From positions 44,739 to 108,738 of the forward strand of contig CASDOO010000019.1 in the NCBI GenBank assembly GCA_949282275.1: 64,000 nucleotides of DNA. The letters run 5' to 3'. Position numbers and translations under genes: made by a program. Shown here in pieces: positions 11,201 through 19,571 of the stretch. Below the pieces are notes generated by a model that saw nothing but the letters and a program-made list of their open reading frames with translations, was not told where the DNA came from and ran no database searches. How positions within the stretch are numbered: the stretch's first letter is position 1; the number at the start of each line of letters is the position of its first letter. This DNA comes from an uncultured Bacillota bacterium (GTDB lineage Bacteria > Bacillota_I > Bacilli_A > RFN20 > CAG-288).

Positions 11201-11443
11201 ATCGATACCTTCCTGGACAGAGACAGCCTTAAGTTCGACCATCAAATCCTCGGCCTTCGTGTAGTCGGAAGTAAACCTCGGTTCGCTTGAAATCGTCTCG
11301 TAGGAAGAGGTTCCCAAAGCGGCATCGACTTGGGTTCGCCACTGATCGGCAAGTCCCATACCCATGGTAGCCAGGACGGCAAGGGAGAAGGTCGTTGCAG
11401 CCACGCCACGGAAGACAGGGACAGTCTTCTTGTTGAAAATCAT
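8282..11443 (-). CDS. glycoside hydrolase family 3 (beta-glucosidase-like), N- and C-terminal hydrophobic anchors (paralogue 1)
   Basis: Track ORF 8282..11506. I prefer the ATG at 11443 with GGAGGG upstream (MIFNKKTVPVF...). GH3-like motifs KHIGFNDQEYNR and GLSTTDMM. C-terminal TM ALIAIVAVSFTLAAASTAGLALCYVL followed by DKKEQN. Confidence 0.85.
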   Translation of the reverse strand: MIFNKKTVPVFRGVAATTFSLAVLATMGMGLADQWRTQVDAALGTSSYETISSEPRFTSDYTKAEDLMVELKAVSVQEGIDGTAILKNDNNALPLASKAKINLWGNASYNSYRGMSQAGNKDAVDLVGALEDGGFTLDPTLKGIYTEINEEQLIESSGWGGPSFKPAYPNTSAPAYDTFQIREVNPSKFTQEGFGTASSSWASSLTGDVNIVTFNRPGGEGTTFKAGATTDSEGNPLDQNPFAFSPDELAVIDAAKATGKPVIVLLSTSCQFELGPIVKGGAHEVDGIAYIGLPNDYQYTGIVKVLAGEENATGALADTYATDSTSSPSMMNFGGDMYSDYLSVCDFEDTRWPGVEIGNEGAGSFGGSATYNGGMYYVEAEGIYTGYNYYETRYYDSIANTNSGATSTAGVYASDGNWNYDQEVCYTFGYGQSYLDYTEELLDVKVDLSVEGKIEATIRVTNKSDKKGCFRTELFVNVPYTDYDRENGVEKSAIQFLNSAKTKPIEPGQYQDVKISLPTKYLASYDTNGYGTYILDGGEYVFALGNGAHEAVNNVLAHQGYDVEGTEGSTFAWNGIREGSVDYTTFGKAKNGTEIKNQLQTTDINYWLSEEDQIDYLSRQDWDGTYPKNFNTINDGKGFAIADSPKKDEWLKNLRNQQYEVKDDEPVSNMDGIDKGLTWETMPGDAVNDINNPFWEDYVNQIPAEEALGAIAHGGNQADQLSNIGNPVVKQYDGPAGFNGVTIGNQKIEDPEETYYVDPESEAYSFKDNIHSPTLAGSSFNPQLAYRWGRALGNFGLWAGVYNVWAAALNVHRNPYNGRNVEYMSEDEMLTNIWGAEFLKATREKGLLVGPKHIGFNDQEYNRSGVSAYMTEQKARETELRAFQGSFEEGGALGYMIAFNRMGPTNVSHYVEFNKNIIRGEWDFKGLSTTDMMNNKWYFNPEGCALATVTMMADFSANDAHLNQGQGGVDKTWSYLSPEVLSKDNTLAEAARDCMKYQLYAFAQTAIKNISTRRITPAWESALIAIVAVSFTLAAASTAGLALCYVLDKKEQN

Positions 11444-11528
11444 ATTTCCCTCCTTGATAGGTATGATTTCATGTCTTGGGCGCTTGGTATTTTCCATCGT
11501 TCCCACAGGAATTCCGGCGCTAGCAGTT

Positions 11529-11542
11529 TACAAGCGCTTTCA
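11529..11542. promoter_or_regulatory. cre-like palindrome TACAAGCGCTTTCA upstream of GH3 paralogue 1
   Basis: 12/14 match to TGWAANCGNTNWCA, about 90 nt upstream of the ATG at 11443. Confidence 0.35.
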
Positions 11543-11765
11543 AGACAATAACAAGGTATCATAATCCAAAGCCTTTTTGCTCTTTTTTTTGCAAGTTGAG
11601 AAAAAAGTCGATTATCAATCAAAACAAGCAACCATTTTGCGCATTTTCAATCATAAATAATCATGTTTTGCTTCTTTTATTTCTTAAATTGAAGAGTCCG
11701 TTTTTCTGTCTCCCTTCCAAATCCAGTAAAAGGCTTACAATTTCCATTCGGCATTTTCTCTCCCA

Positions 11766-11808
11766 TTGGAAAAGCCATCCCGGTCGGGGAGGATCCTTCC
11801 GGGATGGC
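11766..11808 (-). terminator. terminator after rhaD
   Basis: GCCATCCCGG...CCGGGATGGC 10-bp stem followed on the minus strand by TTTTCC. Confidence 0.65.
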
Positions 11809-11840
11809 AATCTCTGCTCCGAAGCAAACTGGGAGCCTAG

Positions 11841-12647
11841 CTAGATGATCTTCTTGTAGTCGACCTTGAAGGCGGCGGCAAGCTTCTTGAGCTGCTCGTC
11901 GGTGATGGACTGGCGGACGTGGTCCTGGGTGAGGAAGTAGATCTGGCTTGCCTTCTCGACAGTCTCGACAAGACCGAAGGCCTCATCGAGGTCATCGCCC
12001 ATGGCAAAGACGCCGTGCATGCCCCAGAAGACGACGCGGTAGTCGTGCGCCTTGAGAGCCGTGGCCTCGCCGATCTCGTTTCCGCCGCAGACCATCCAGG
12101 GAAGATAGCCCACGCCCTCGGGGAAGACGACGATGCATTCCGTCGACATGCGCCAAAGGGTCTTGGTGATCTCGTCCTCGTCCTCGGGAAGGACGTAGGT
12201 CAGGGCAAGGGCATGGGTCGCATGGCAGTGCATGACGACATGGTTCTTCGGATTGACGGCAAGACGGGCGATATGGTTCATCAAATGGGTCGGGAACTCG
12301 CTTGTCGGCCTTCCGCCATCCTCAAAGCCCCAGAGGAGCTCGGCAGAGTGGCCGTCCTTTCCGATGCGGACGATGCCGAGGTTGACTTCGGGCGCGACGT
12401 CGACGTTCTTGAAGTACTTTCCCGTGCCCGTCACGACGAAGACCCTTCCGATGAGGGGCGTGGCATCGAAGCCCAGCTGGAAGACGCGATGGGGTTCCTC
12501 GGGGAGGTAGTCCCGGTATTCCTCGGGATCGATGATGACGGAGATGTTGCCGCCGTTCCTTTCGTCCCAGCCCATGCGATACATGTTGCTGGCGCAGCGG
12601 ATGACCTCCCTGACGGTCGGAAGGTCGACGATCTTCATTTTGGACAT
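11841..12647 (-). CDS. rhaD: rhamnulose-1-phosphate aldolase (class II aldolase)
   Basis: 268 aa. MGWDERNGGNISV and HCHATH motifs typical of RhaD. Last gene of the rhaBAD order. Confidence 0.9.
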   Translation of the reverse strand: MSKMKIVDLPTVREVIRCASNMYRMGWDERNGGNISVIIDPEEYRDYLPEEPHRVFQLGFDATPLIGRVFVVTGTGKYFKNVDVAPEVNLGIVRIGKDGHSAELLWGFEDGGRPTSEFPTHLMNHIARLAVNPKNHVVMHCHATHALALTYVLPEDEDEITKTLWRMSTECIVVFPEGVGYLPWMVCGGNEIGEATALKAHDYRVVFWGMHGVFAMGDDLDEAFGLVETVEKASQIYFLTQDHVRQSITDEQLKKLAAAFKVDYKKII

Positions 12648-12649
12648 AT

Positions 12650-13909
12650 TCAGTTTCCTCTCTTTGCCAAGACTTCCTTCTCGTATGCCTTCACGTCCTT
12701 GAGCCAGTCATGGCCCTGGATGCCGTTCTTTGCCAGATAGTATTCATAGACATCGCCCCAAGGATAGGACTTGAGTTCCTCGACGAAGGCAAGACGGGTC
12801 GTGTAGTCGAGTTCCCTTTCCGCCTTGAGGAGTTCCTCGGTGGGTTCCAGGAAGGCCTTGAGCAATGCCTTCTGGGTGGAGCGGATACCGATGACATAGG
12901 CGGCGATGCGGTTGATCGTGGCATCGAAGAAGTCCAGTCCGATATGCGTCCTTTCAAGCAGGCCATCGCGGACAAGGCCTTCCATGATGTGGTTGAGCTC
13001 GTCGGTGTCGGTGACGACATGGTCGCTGTCCCAGTTGACCGGACGGGAGACATGGAGAAGAAGCTCCGGGACATAGAGAAGGGCGGAGGAGAGCTTGTCG
13101 GAGATGAATTCGTTGGGATGGAAATGGCCGGCATCCAGGCAGAGGGCGATCTGGTTCTTGGCGGCATAGCCGAGATAGAACTCGCCGCTTCCGGTGGTAT
13201 AGCTTTCCGCGCCGATGCCGAAGAACTTGCTCTCGACGGCAAGAAGCTCGTTCTTTCTGTCGTATTCCGTCTCCAGGATCTCGTCGAGGGACTTTGTCAG
13301 TCTCTTCCTGGCTTCGAGATGGGAATAGGGATCGTCCTTCATGCCATCGGGAACCCAGATGTTGGTGACGCACTTCTTGCCAAGTTCCCTTCCAAAATAG
13401 TCGCCGATCCTCACGCAGCACTTGCCGTGGCGGACCCAGAAGGAACGCACTTCCTCGTCGGGAGAGGAAAGGGTGAAGTTGTCGCGGTACATCGGATGGG
13501 AGAAGAAGGTCGGGTTGAAGTCGAGTCCGACGTCGTTTCTCCTTGCGAATTCGACCCAGCCCTCGAAGTCCTCGGGGACAAGCTCGTCGACGTCCCTTCC
13601 GCCAAGGGGCCTTGTCGCATAGATGGCATGAAGGTTGACCTTCTTCTTTCCGGGGACAAGGGAGAGGACCTTCTCGAGGTCTTCGGAGAGCTCCTTGAAG
13701 TTCCTGGCCTTTCCGGGATAGTTTCCGGTGACCTGGATGCCGCCGGAGAGGGCGTTGTCATTCAAAAAGCCCTGGATGTCGTCGCCCTGCCAGCATTGGA
13801 TCGAGATCGGGACAGCATCGAGCCTTTCGATGGCCTTGTCGGTGTCGACGCCGATCTCCGCATAGGCTTCCTTGGCCCTCTGATAGGCCTGCTGGATTCT
13901 TTCTTCCAT
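12650..13909 (-). CDS. rhaA: L-rhamnose isomerase
   Basis: 419 aa. The N-terminus AYQRAKEAYAEIGVDTDKAIERLDAVPISIQCWQGDD and the overall length match RhaA. Confidence 0.92.
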   Translation of the reverse strand: MEERIQQAYQRAKEAYAEIGVDTDKAIERLDAVPISIQCWQGDDIQGFLNDNALSGGIQVTGNYPGKARNFKELSEDLEKVLSLVPGKKKVNLHAIYATRPLGGRDVDELVPEDFEGWVEFARRNDVGLDFNPTFFSHPMYRDNFTLSSPDEEVRSFWVRHGKCCVRIGDYFGRELGKKCVTNIWVPDGMKDDPYSHLEARKRLTKSLDEILETEYDRKNELLAVESKFFGIGAESYTTGSGEFYLGYAAKNQIALCLDAGHFHPNEFISDKLSSALLYVPELLLHVSRPVNWDSDHVVTDTDELNHIMEGLVRDGLLERTHIGLDFFDATINRIAAYVIGIRSTQKALLKAFLEPTEELLKAERELDYTTRLAFVEELKSYPWGDVYEYYLAKNGIQGHDWLKDVKAYEKEVLAKRGN

Positions 13910-13912
13910 GTT

Positions 13913-15370
13913 CTATATTCCTCCTTTTCCTGTCGTTTGGATGAATCTTTCCTTCTTCCGTGCCCACGTCTTCAAGTCTTGGGGCATATAGGTCCGGACG
14001 GCGATGGAATCCTTCAGCCGTCTTCGTCCCTCCTCCTTGTCGGCGATGGCGCCATTGGCGATGAACTGGGCGAGGGCATTTCCGAGGACGGTCGCCTCGA
14101 TGGGGCCGGTCTCGACTCTTGCCCCGGTCGCGCAGGCGGCATAGCGATTGAGGATTTCCGCCTGGTTTCCGCCGCCGACGATGATGAGACTATCGAACTT
14201 CCTGCCGCCGATGCGCATCAGGTTGTCGAGCACGAGGCCATAGTTGATGGCCATCGACTGATAGATGACGCGCAGGTATTCGCCTCTTCCCCGAAGCCTT
14301 TCCTGTCTTGTCCTTTCCAGATAGGAGTCGACCTTGTAGATCATGTCTCCGGGTGTCTCGAAGAGAGGATCGTCGGGATCGATGAAGCAATCCACGTCCT
14401 TGCTTTCCTCGACAAGGGGGACGATTTCCTCGACCGGGATAGGCTCCTCCATGTCGAGGAAGTTCTTCCTCAGCTCATTGGCGATGAACATGCCCATCGT
14501 GTTCTTCAGGAAGCGGACGGTATGGTCATAGCCAAGCTCGTTGGTGAAGTTTGCCTTCATCGATTCCTTGGTGATGATCGGCTCCTTCAGTTCCGTCCCA
14601 AGAAGGGACCATGTCCCGCTTGAGAGATAGGCAAAGTCATCGAAGCCATCCGTTCCGAGGACGGCACTTGCCGTATCGTGGGTGGGGACGGCAAGGATGG
14701 GGATATCCCTTTCCAGTTCCGGGAAGAGCGTCCTTGAGAGCACACCATAGCTTTCTCCGGGATGGATGATCTCCGGGAAGATATCTTTCTTTATACCAAT
14801 AGCCTCAAGAAGACGGGCGGAGATCTCCTGCTTCCTGGGATCGAAGAGGGAGGTCGTCGAGAGGTTCGTGTATTCGATTCTCTTTTCCCCGCCGAGGAAA
14901 TAGGCGATGAGATCGGGAATCATCAGTATCCTGTCGGCCTTCTCCAGTTCCTTCCTTCTTCCATAGAGCTGGTAGATGGTGTTGAAGTGAAGGTCCTGGA
15001 TGCCGGCAATGGCATAGATCTCGGAGAAGGGAATCCTCTCCTGGAGCTTCTTCTGGCTTTCGAAGCTATGCGTGTCCCTGTAGCAGACAGGATCCTCGAG
15101 AAGCCTTCCTTCCTTGTCGAGCATGCCATAGTCCACCGCCCAGGTATCGATTCCGATGCTGACGATGTCCTGGCTCTTCTTAAGGGCCTCATGGATTCCC
15201 GAGACGATGTTGTCGAAAAGAAGGGAGAAGTCCCATCTCAGGATTCCTTCCTTCTCATAGATGCGGTTGACGAAACGCTTGTCCTCCCTGTAGGAGAAGG
15301 TCCCGTTCTCATAGGTAACGGTCATCACCCGGCCGCTTGTCGCGCCGATATCCACTGCGATGCATTTCAT
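13913..15370 (-). CDS. rhaB: rhamnulokinase (FGGY family)
   Basis: 485 aa. N-terminal VDIGATSGR, FGGY architecture, position upstream of rhaA. Confidence 0.9.
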   Translation of the reverse strand: MKCIAVDIGATSGRVMTVTYENGTFSYREDKRFVNRIYEKEGILRWDFSLLFDNIVSGIHEALKKSQDIVSIGIDTWAVDYGMLDKEGRLLEDPVCYRDTHSFESQKKLQERIPFSEIYAIAGIQDLHFNTIYQLYGRRKELEKADRILMIPDLIAYFLGGEKRIEYTNLSTTSLFDPRKQEISARLLEAIGIKKDIFPEIIHPGESYGVLSRTLFPELERDIPILAVPTHDTASAVLGTDGFDDFAYLSSGTWSLLGTELKEPIITKESMKANFTNELGYDHTVRFLKNTMGMFIANELRKNFLDMEEPIPVEEIVPLVEESKDVDCFIDPDDPLFETPGDMIYKVDSYLERTRQERLRGRGEYLRVIYQSMAINYGLVLDNLMRIGGRKFDSLIIVGGGNQAEILNRYAACATGARVETGPIEATVLGNALAQFIANGAIADKEEGRRRLKDSIAVRTYMPQDLKTWARKKERFIQTTGKGGI

Positions 15371-15512
15371 ATCGCTATGAGTCTATCATTGAAAAAGGCC
15401 TTTATCGTGCTTTGATTGACAAGTTGACAAAAAATCTCATTGCCGATTCATTTATTCATAAACAAGCAGAAACAATCATGTTTTCCGGATCATTGTGGAG
15501 GTCTCCAAAATA

Positions 15513-15526
15513 TGTAAGCGATTGCT
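15513..15526. promoter_or_regulatory. cre-like site TGTAAGCGATTGCT upstream of rhaB
   Basis: 12/14 match to the cre consensus, about 145 nt upstream of the rhaB ATG in the divergent rhaB/MORN intergenic region. Confidence 0.3.
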
Positions 15527-15799
15527 TTGATTGTTTTCTTTCTTTATTGATTGCTTGCCTTTTCGGACGAAAACCTCTCCAAGACCTTCTTCGAACAAGG
15601 ATATCGGCGCCATCCCAAATAGGATTCCGTCACGCCTTCACCGCATTTCCGGCTGGCACATGGCGGAGAACAGGAAATCATCCCGGGACAAACACTATGA
15701 AAGGGAATTTGACGTTCCGAACGAAACGAAAATACAGTTTTCCCGTTCGATTGACTTTTGCTCCTCTGCGATGGAACATAGACGCATGGAGAACAGAGG

Positions 15800-17167
15800 A
15801 TGAAAAGCAAGAAAGTCAAGATCACCTATCCGGACGGGGCCTATTACATCGGAGAGGTCAAAGACGGGAAGAAGCACGGGACAGGAACCTGCGTCTATCC
15901 TTTCGGAACCTATACCGGAACCTTCGTCGACGATTGCGTCGAGGGGTTTGGAGAATTTCGCTACAACGATGGAACTTACTACAAGGGTTTCTACAAGCAA
16001 TGCCAAAGGGACTTCCAGGGAGAATACCGTGGCAAGGACTTCAAATACGTCGGCCAATACAAGGACGACAAGATGAACGGGAAAGGGACGATCCACTGGA
16101 ATTCCGGGGATGTCTACGAGGGCGGGTTCGAAAACGACACGCTCCACGGGTATGGAAAGCTGACCTACAAGAACGGGACGATCCTTAAAGGCATGTTCGA
16201 TCATAACGGCATGCCAAGAGAGGGAAAGCTCGATTTCCCCGATGGCACCTACTACGATGGGGAGCTGATGGGTCTCACGATGCACGGGCGCGGCTGTCTT
16301 TGCGGCCGGTCGGAATATCCGATGGAAGGCTATTTCGAAAACGGCGTCTATTCCCATCCTGTCGGCATGACGAAGGAGCAGTTCGACGTACTCAGGAAAA
16401 AGAGCGAGGCCTCCGGTCTCTCGATTGCCTACTCCCTTGGAATACTCGTCTTTCCGAAGAACTACAAGCCGAAAGACCTCTTTTGCAAGGAATGCAGGAA
16501 ACTCCTGAAGGCATACCGTTCCAGCGAAACCAAGCTTCCTCCTTTATACGGCATCCTGACGCTGAAGGACTATGCGGCAACCGTCGACGACGAGAAGAAG
16601 AAAAAGGAAGCCATCTATCTCGTAGCAAAATACTACATCGCCTATTCGTCCTGTGCCGCAAACTGGAAACCCTATGCCGACTATGCCAAGGCCGAAATCA
16701 AAAAGCTGGAGAGCTTCAACGACAAGTCCCTGAAGAAAAAAATTCTCTACCTGGAGAAAGCCCTGGAAATTCTCGACAAAATCCAGCGGAACGAGAGAAC
16801 GGACCAAGCCAGGACCTTCATCTCTTCCCTGATGGTTGATGCCTCGGTCCAACCCCTGGGACGCGAGAAAGTCACATATGACGACTATGACTACGACTAT
16901 GGCTCCTCTTCTTCCTTTTTGTCTTCCGAAAGTGACGAAGAAGAAGAATATGAAGAAGTGAAGACCACCTATATCAATTTCCGGGATGGAAAGAAAGGTG
17001 TCGTTGTCGATGACGACAGCCTCTCCAGCTACAAGGGACAGCTTGTCGTCGACGAATACACGAAAGAACCCACTGGTCTAAGGTACAAGGACAATCATCT
17101 TTATGACGAGGACGGAAAAGATCTTGGTTCGTTCTCAGACCTAGGAAACTTCTATCCAAACGATTGA
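15800..17167 (+). CDS. MORN-repeat protein with helical middle and acidic Tyr/Asp/Glu-rich tail
   Basis: 455 aa with about 7 YxGxxxxGxxxGxG-type repeats in the first ~170 aa (YIGEVKDGKKHGTGT, YVGQYKDDKMNGKGT, YEGGFENDTLHGYGK...). C-terminal part contains DDYDYDYGSSSSFLSSESDEEEEYEE. Confidence 0.75.
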   Translation: MKSKKVKITYPDGAYYIGEVKDGKKHGTGTCVYPFGTYTGTFVDDCVEGFGEFRYNDGTYYKGFYKQCQRDFQGEYRGKDFKYVGQYKDDKMNGKGTIHWNSGDVYEGGFENDTLHGYGKLTYKNGTILKGMFDHNGMPREGKLDFPDGTYYDGELMGLTMHGRGCLCGRSEYPMEGYFENGVYSHPVGMTKEQFDVLRKKSEASGLSIAYSLGILVFPKNYKPKDLFCKECRKLLKAYRSSETKLPPLYGILTLKDYAATVDDEKKKKEAIYLVAKYYIAYSSCAANWKPYADYAKAEIKKLESFNDKSLKKKILYLEKALEILDKIQRNERTDQARTFISSLMVDASVQPLGREKVTYDDYDYDYGSSSSFLSSESDEEEEYEEVKTTYINFRDGKKGVVVDDDSLSSYKGQLVVDEYTKEPTGLRYKDNHLYDEDGKDLGSFSDLGNFYPND

Positions 17168-17303
17168 TTGGAAAACGATAGGACTCTCCAACGTTCTTTT
17201 AGCGGAAAGCGTAGGCCAAACGAACCCTGCCTCTGCCTGAAACGGATATTCCCGTCTGGCAGGAATCCTAAAATAATCGTCTATCTGAAGCAATAGGGGC
17301 GTC

Positions 17304-17591
17304 TCAACGAAAAACCTCATCGACGACTTCCCAATGTCCGCCATTCCTAGAACCAACGCGGATTATTCTCCCACTGTTCTTTATGATTCTCTGGACTGTC
17401 TTTATTGACTCCCCTATCAAATCCGCCAATTTGCCAAGTGAAATGTTTGGGTCCCGCCTAATTGCATTGATAATTCTTAACGTATCATCTGGAGCATACT
17501 GATCATGGACATTTTCATGGACATTATCGTGGACATTCGTTGTCTCTCCATTCGAACTTCGGAGTCCGAAAGCATAAATCCTGTTCGGCAA
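17304..17591 (-). pseudogene. remnant of the C-terminal wHTH end of an AlbA_2/ATPase-type (RecG-like) putative regulator
   Basis: The 95-aa ORF ends ...SLGKLADLIGESIKTVQRIIKNSGRIIRVGSRNGGHWEVV, preceded by an NVHDNVHENVHD repeat. This resembles only the last ~70 aa of that much longer family, and there is no credible N-terminus or RBS. Confidence 0.45.
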
Positions 17592-17685
17592 AATATTTGT
17601 CAGGAATTACCTATAATGAAAAAATGTGTAATTACACAGTTTTTTATGATAATAATTTGTAATTATTCGTTTTTAACATTAAAAT

Positions 17686-19023
17686 ATGTGTATGAACACG
17701 AAAATTTCGATTATTGACAGACCGTCTTATCTCGAACTCCTCAAGAAAGCGGCCTGGAACGGCTATCCAAAAATCATCACTGGGGTAAGACGTTGCGGAA
17801 AGTCTTTCCTCCTAAGCACCCTCTATCGACGATGGCTTCTTTCCAACGGCGTCTCAAATGAGGATATTGTTTCCTTGGACTTGGATGATATCGAAAACAA
17901 ATCTTTGCGCGATCCTCTCAACCTATATGAGCATATCCTCTCGAAGACAAAGGAAAAGCCACGTTGCTATGTATTCCTTGATGAAATCCAACGCGTTTTC
18001 GACATTGTCAATCCGGCCTTGACACAAGGAAGGCATGTCTTGGCCAATAAAGAGGACAGGGAGGTTGTCGGATTTACCGATGTCGTCATGGGCCTGTCCA
18101 GGAAGTCGAACATCGACCTTTATGTCACGGGTTCCAATTCCCAGATGCTTTCCACGGATATCCTGACGCAGTTCCGCGGAAAGGCGACAAATATCCCTGT
18201 CTTTCCCCTCTCTTTCGAAGAGCTTTGGGACCGCGACAATCTTTCATTGAAGGAAAGCTTCCAACGCTATCTTCAGTACGGTGGCATGCCCGGGATTGTT
18301 TCCATGGACACGGAAGAGAAAAGAAATGCCCTCAAAGCCCTTTTTGAGACGACCTACTTCCGGGATATCGAAGAGCGGCACCATCTCCGAAAAAAAGATT
18401 CGATGAAGACCCTTTGTCATATTCTGGCTTCGAAAATCGGTTCCTTGGTGAATCCCGGAAAAATTGCCAACACCTTCAAAAGCACAATGAAGGGAATGGC
18501 AAGCTACGATTGGGTTCTACGTTCGCTCTCCTATTTGGAAGAAAGCTATTTAATGCATCCTGCAAAACGCTATGATCTCAAGGGAAGGAAGGAAATCGGC
18601 GGCAACCGGAAATATTATTTCATCGATCCAGGATTGCGAAATGCTTGCGTGGGCTTCCTCTTCCAGGATCAAGGTGCCGTCTTCGAGAACGTCATCTATA
18701 ATGAACTCTGCCGTCATGGTTTCGAGGTCTTTGTCGGAATTCTGGACTATTATGTGAAGGACAAGAAGGGAAAGACGATTCGAAAGAATGGCGAAGTGGA
18801 TTTTCTTGCCCGGAAAGCGGGAAAGACGGTCTATCTCCAGGTTGCAGACAACCTTGACGAAAGACGCACCTATGAAAGGGAGATCAAGCCTTTCCTTTAT
18901 CTTAAGGACGGAATCATGAAGAGGATTGTCGTCAACAGGATCATGGAAGAATCGGAAACCGAAGATGGCTTCCGCATTCTGGGCTTCCAGGATTTCTTCG
19001 GCAGATTTCTCAAGTCCTTCTAG
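17686..19023 (+). CDS. AAA+ ATPase with C-terminal DUF4143 (PD-(D/E)xK-like) domain
   Basis: 445 aa. Walker A GVRRCGKS, Walker B VFLDEIQ, C-terminal GEVDFLARK...YLQVAD typical of AAA_14/DUF4143 proteins. The segment is AT-richer than its flanks. Confidence 0.85.
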   Translation: MCMNTKISIIDRPSYLELLKKAAWNGYPKIITGVRRCGKSFLLSTLYRRWLLSNGVSNEDIVSLDLDDIENKSLRDPLNLYEHILSKTKEKPRCYVFLDEIQRVFDIVNPALTQGRHVLANKEDREVVGFTDVVMGLSRKSNIDLYVTGSNSQMLSTDILTQFRGKATNIPVFPLSFEELWDRDNLSLKESFQRYLQYGGMPGIVSMDTEEKRNALKALFETTYFRDIEERHHLRKKDSMKTLCHILASKIGSLVNPGKIANTFKSTMKGMASYDWVLRSLSYLEESYLMHPAKRYDLKGRKEIGGNRKYYFIDPGLRNACVGFLFQDQGAVFENVIYNELCRHGFEVFVGILDYYVKDKKGKTIRKNGEVDFLARKAGKTVYLQVADNLDERRTYEREIKPFLYLKDGIMKRIVVNRIMEESETEDGFRILGFQDFFGRFLKSF

Positions 19024-19196
19024 GAGGGGCCTTCAAAGATACGGGAAAACCGTCAAAATCAGAAGAGCGGAAGACACAATCCCTTTCCTGATTCATGGAT
19101 TTCGCTTGACGAAAGGAAATGTCGCTTTTCCCGTCGACATTGTTTGCCAATCTCGTTATCCATGTTGTGCTTCCTTACAAGAATCACCAAAGTATC

Positions 19197-19288
19197 CTAC
19201 GCCTTCCTCTCCTTTCCGGACTTGTGCCGAGTCAAGATCGGTGGAATGACAACGAAGATAATATCGATGATAAGGATAGCCCACTCGG
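19197..19288 (-). pseudogene. 3' remnant paralogous to the membrane-protein gene 26279..26644
   Basis: About 79% nucleotide identity by eye over 90 nt with 26279..26370. Encoded tail EWAILIIDIIFVVIPPILTRHKSGKERKA versus EWVLLVADILFVVIPPLLSRLKSEKEKKA. Confidence 0.5.
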
Positions 19289-19520
19289 AGGAGTACAAGG
19301 TTACGATCTCACGCATACTCCCCTTCCTTCGTCTTTCATAATCACAATGCATTAGGGTCCCAAGATTTATACCATGGGGCTTCGTCAATCCTAAGAGGCC
19401 TGCTTTTGGAATGACCTATCACTCCCCGATCCATTCCCATAATTCCCAAGCGTCCGTCCTCTTGCGTTTCGCAATTGTCATCGTCAAAGCCTCCCGGAAG
19501 AAGCATGAGAATAGTGACAC

Positions 19521-19559
19521 GAAATAAGGCATCCCGGCCATCAAGGGACCAGGATGCCC
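19521..19559 (-). terminator. terminator after 19572..20003
   Basis: GGCATCC...GGATGCC stem followed on the minus strand by TTATTTC. Confidence 0.5.
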
Positions 19560-19571
19560 GCTTGTCGAAAG

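Noticed and set aside
8159-11290. Very long ORFs antisense to real genes. Examples: 2052..3644, 4110..5108, 4870..6876, 8159..11290, 12710..14623, 19975..21822, 23658..24869, 29109..31268, 31628..34390, 42777..44621, 45860..46747, 47331..48395, 49664..51298, 60566..62035.
   Set aside because: Their translations are low-complexity and rich in G/D/E/V/L/R, with no motifs. Each lies exactly opposite a gene with clear family signatures. They lack RBSs. They arise because the strong codon bias of the sense genes depletes stop codons on the opposite strand (shadow ORFs).
15337-16188. 283-aa ORF spanning the rhaB/MORN intergenic region and the MORN gene start
   Set aside because: It is Arg-rich and out of frame with the well-formed MORN repeats, it starts inside rhaB, and it has no RBS.
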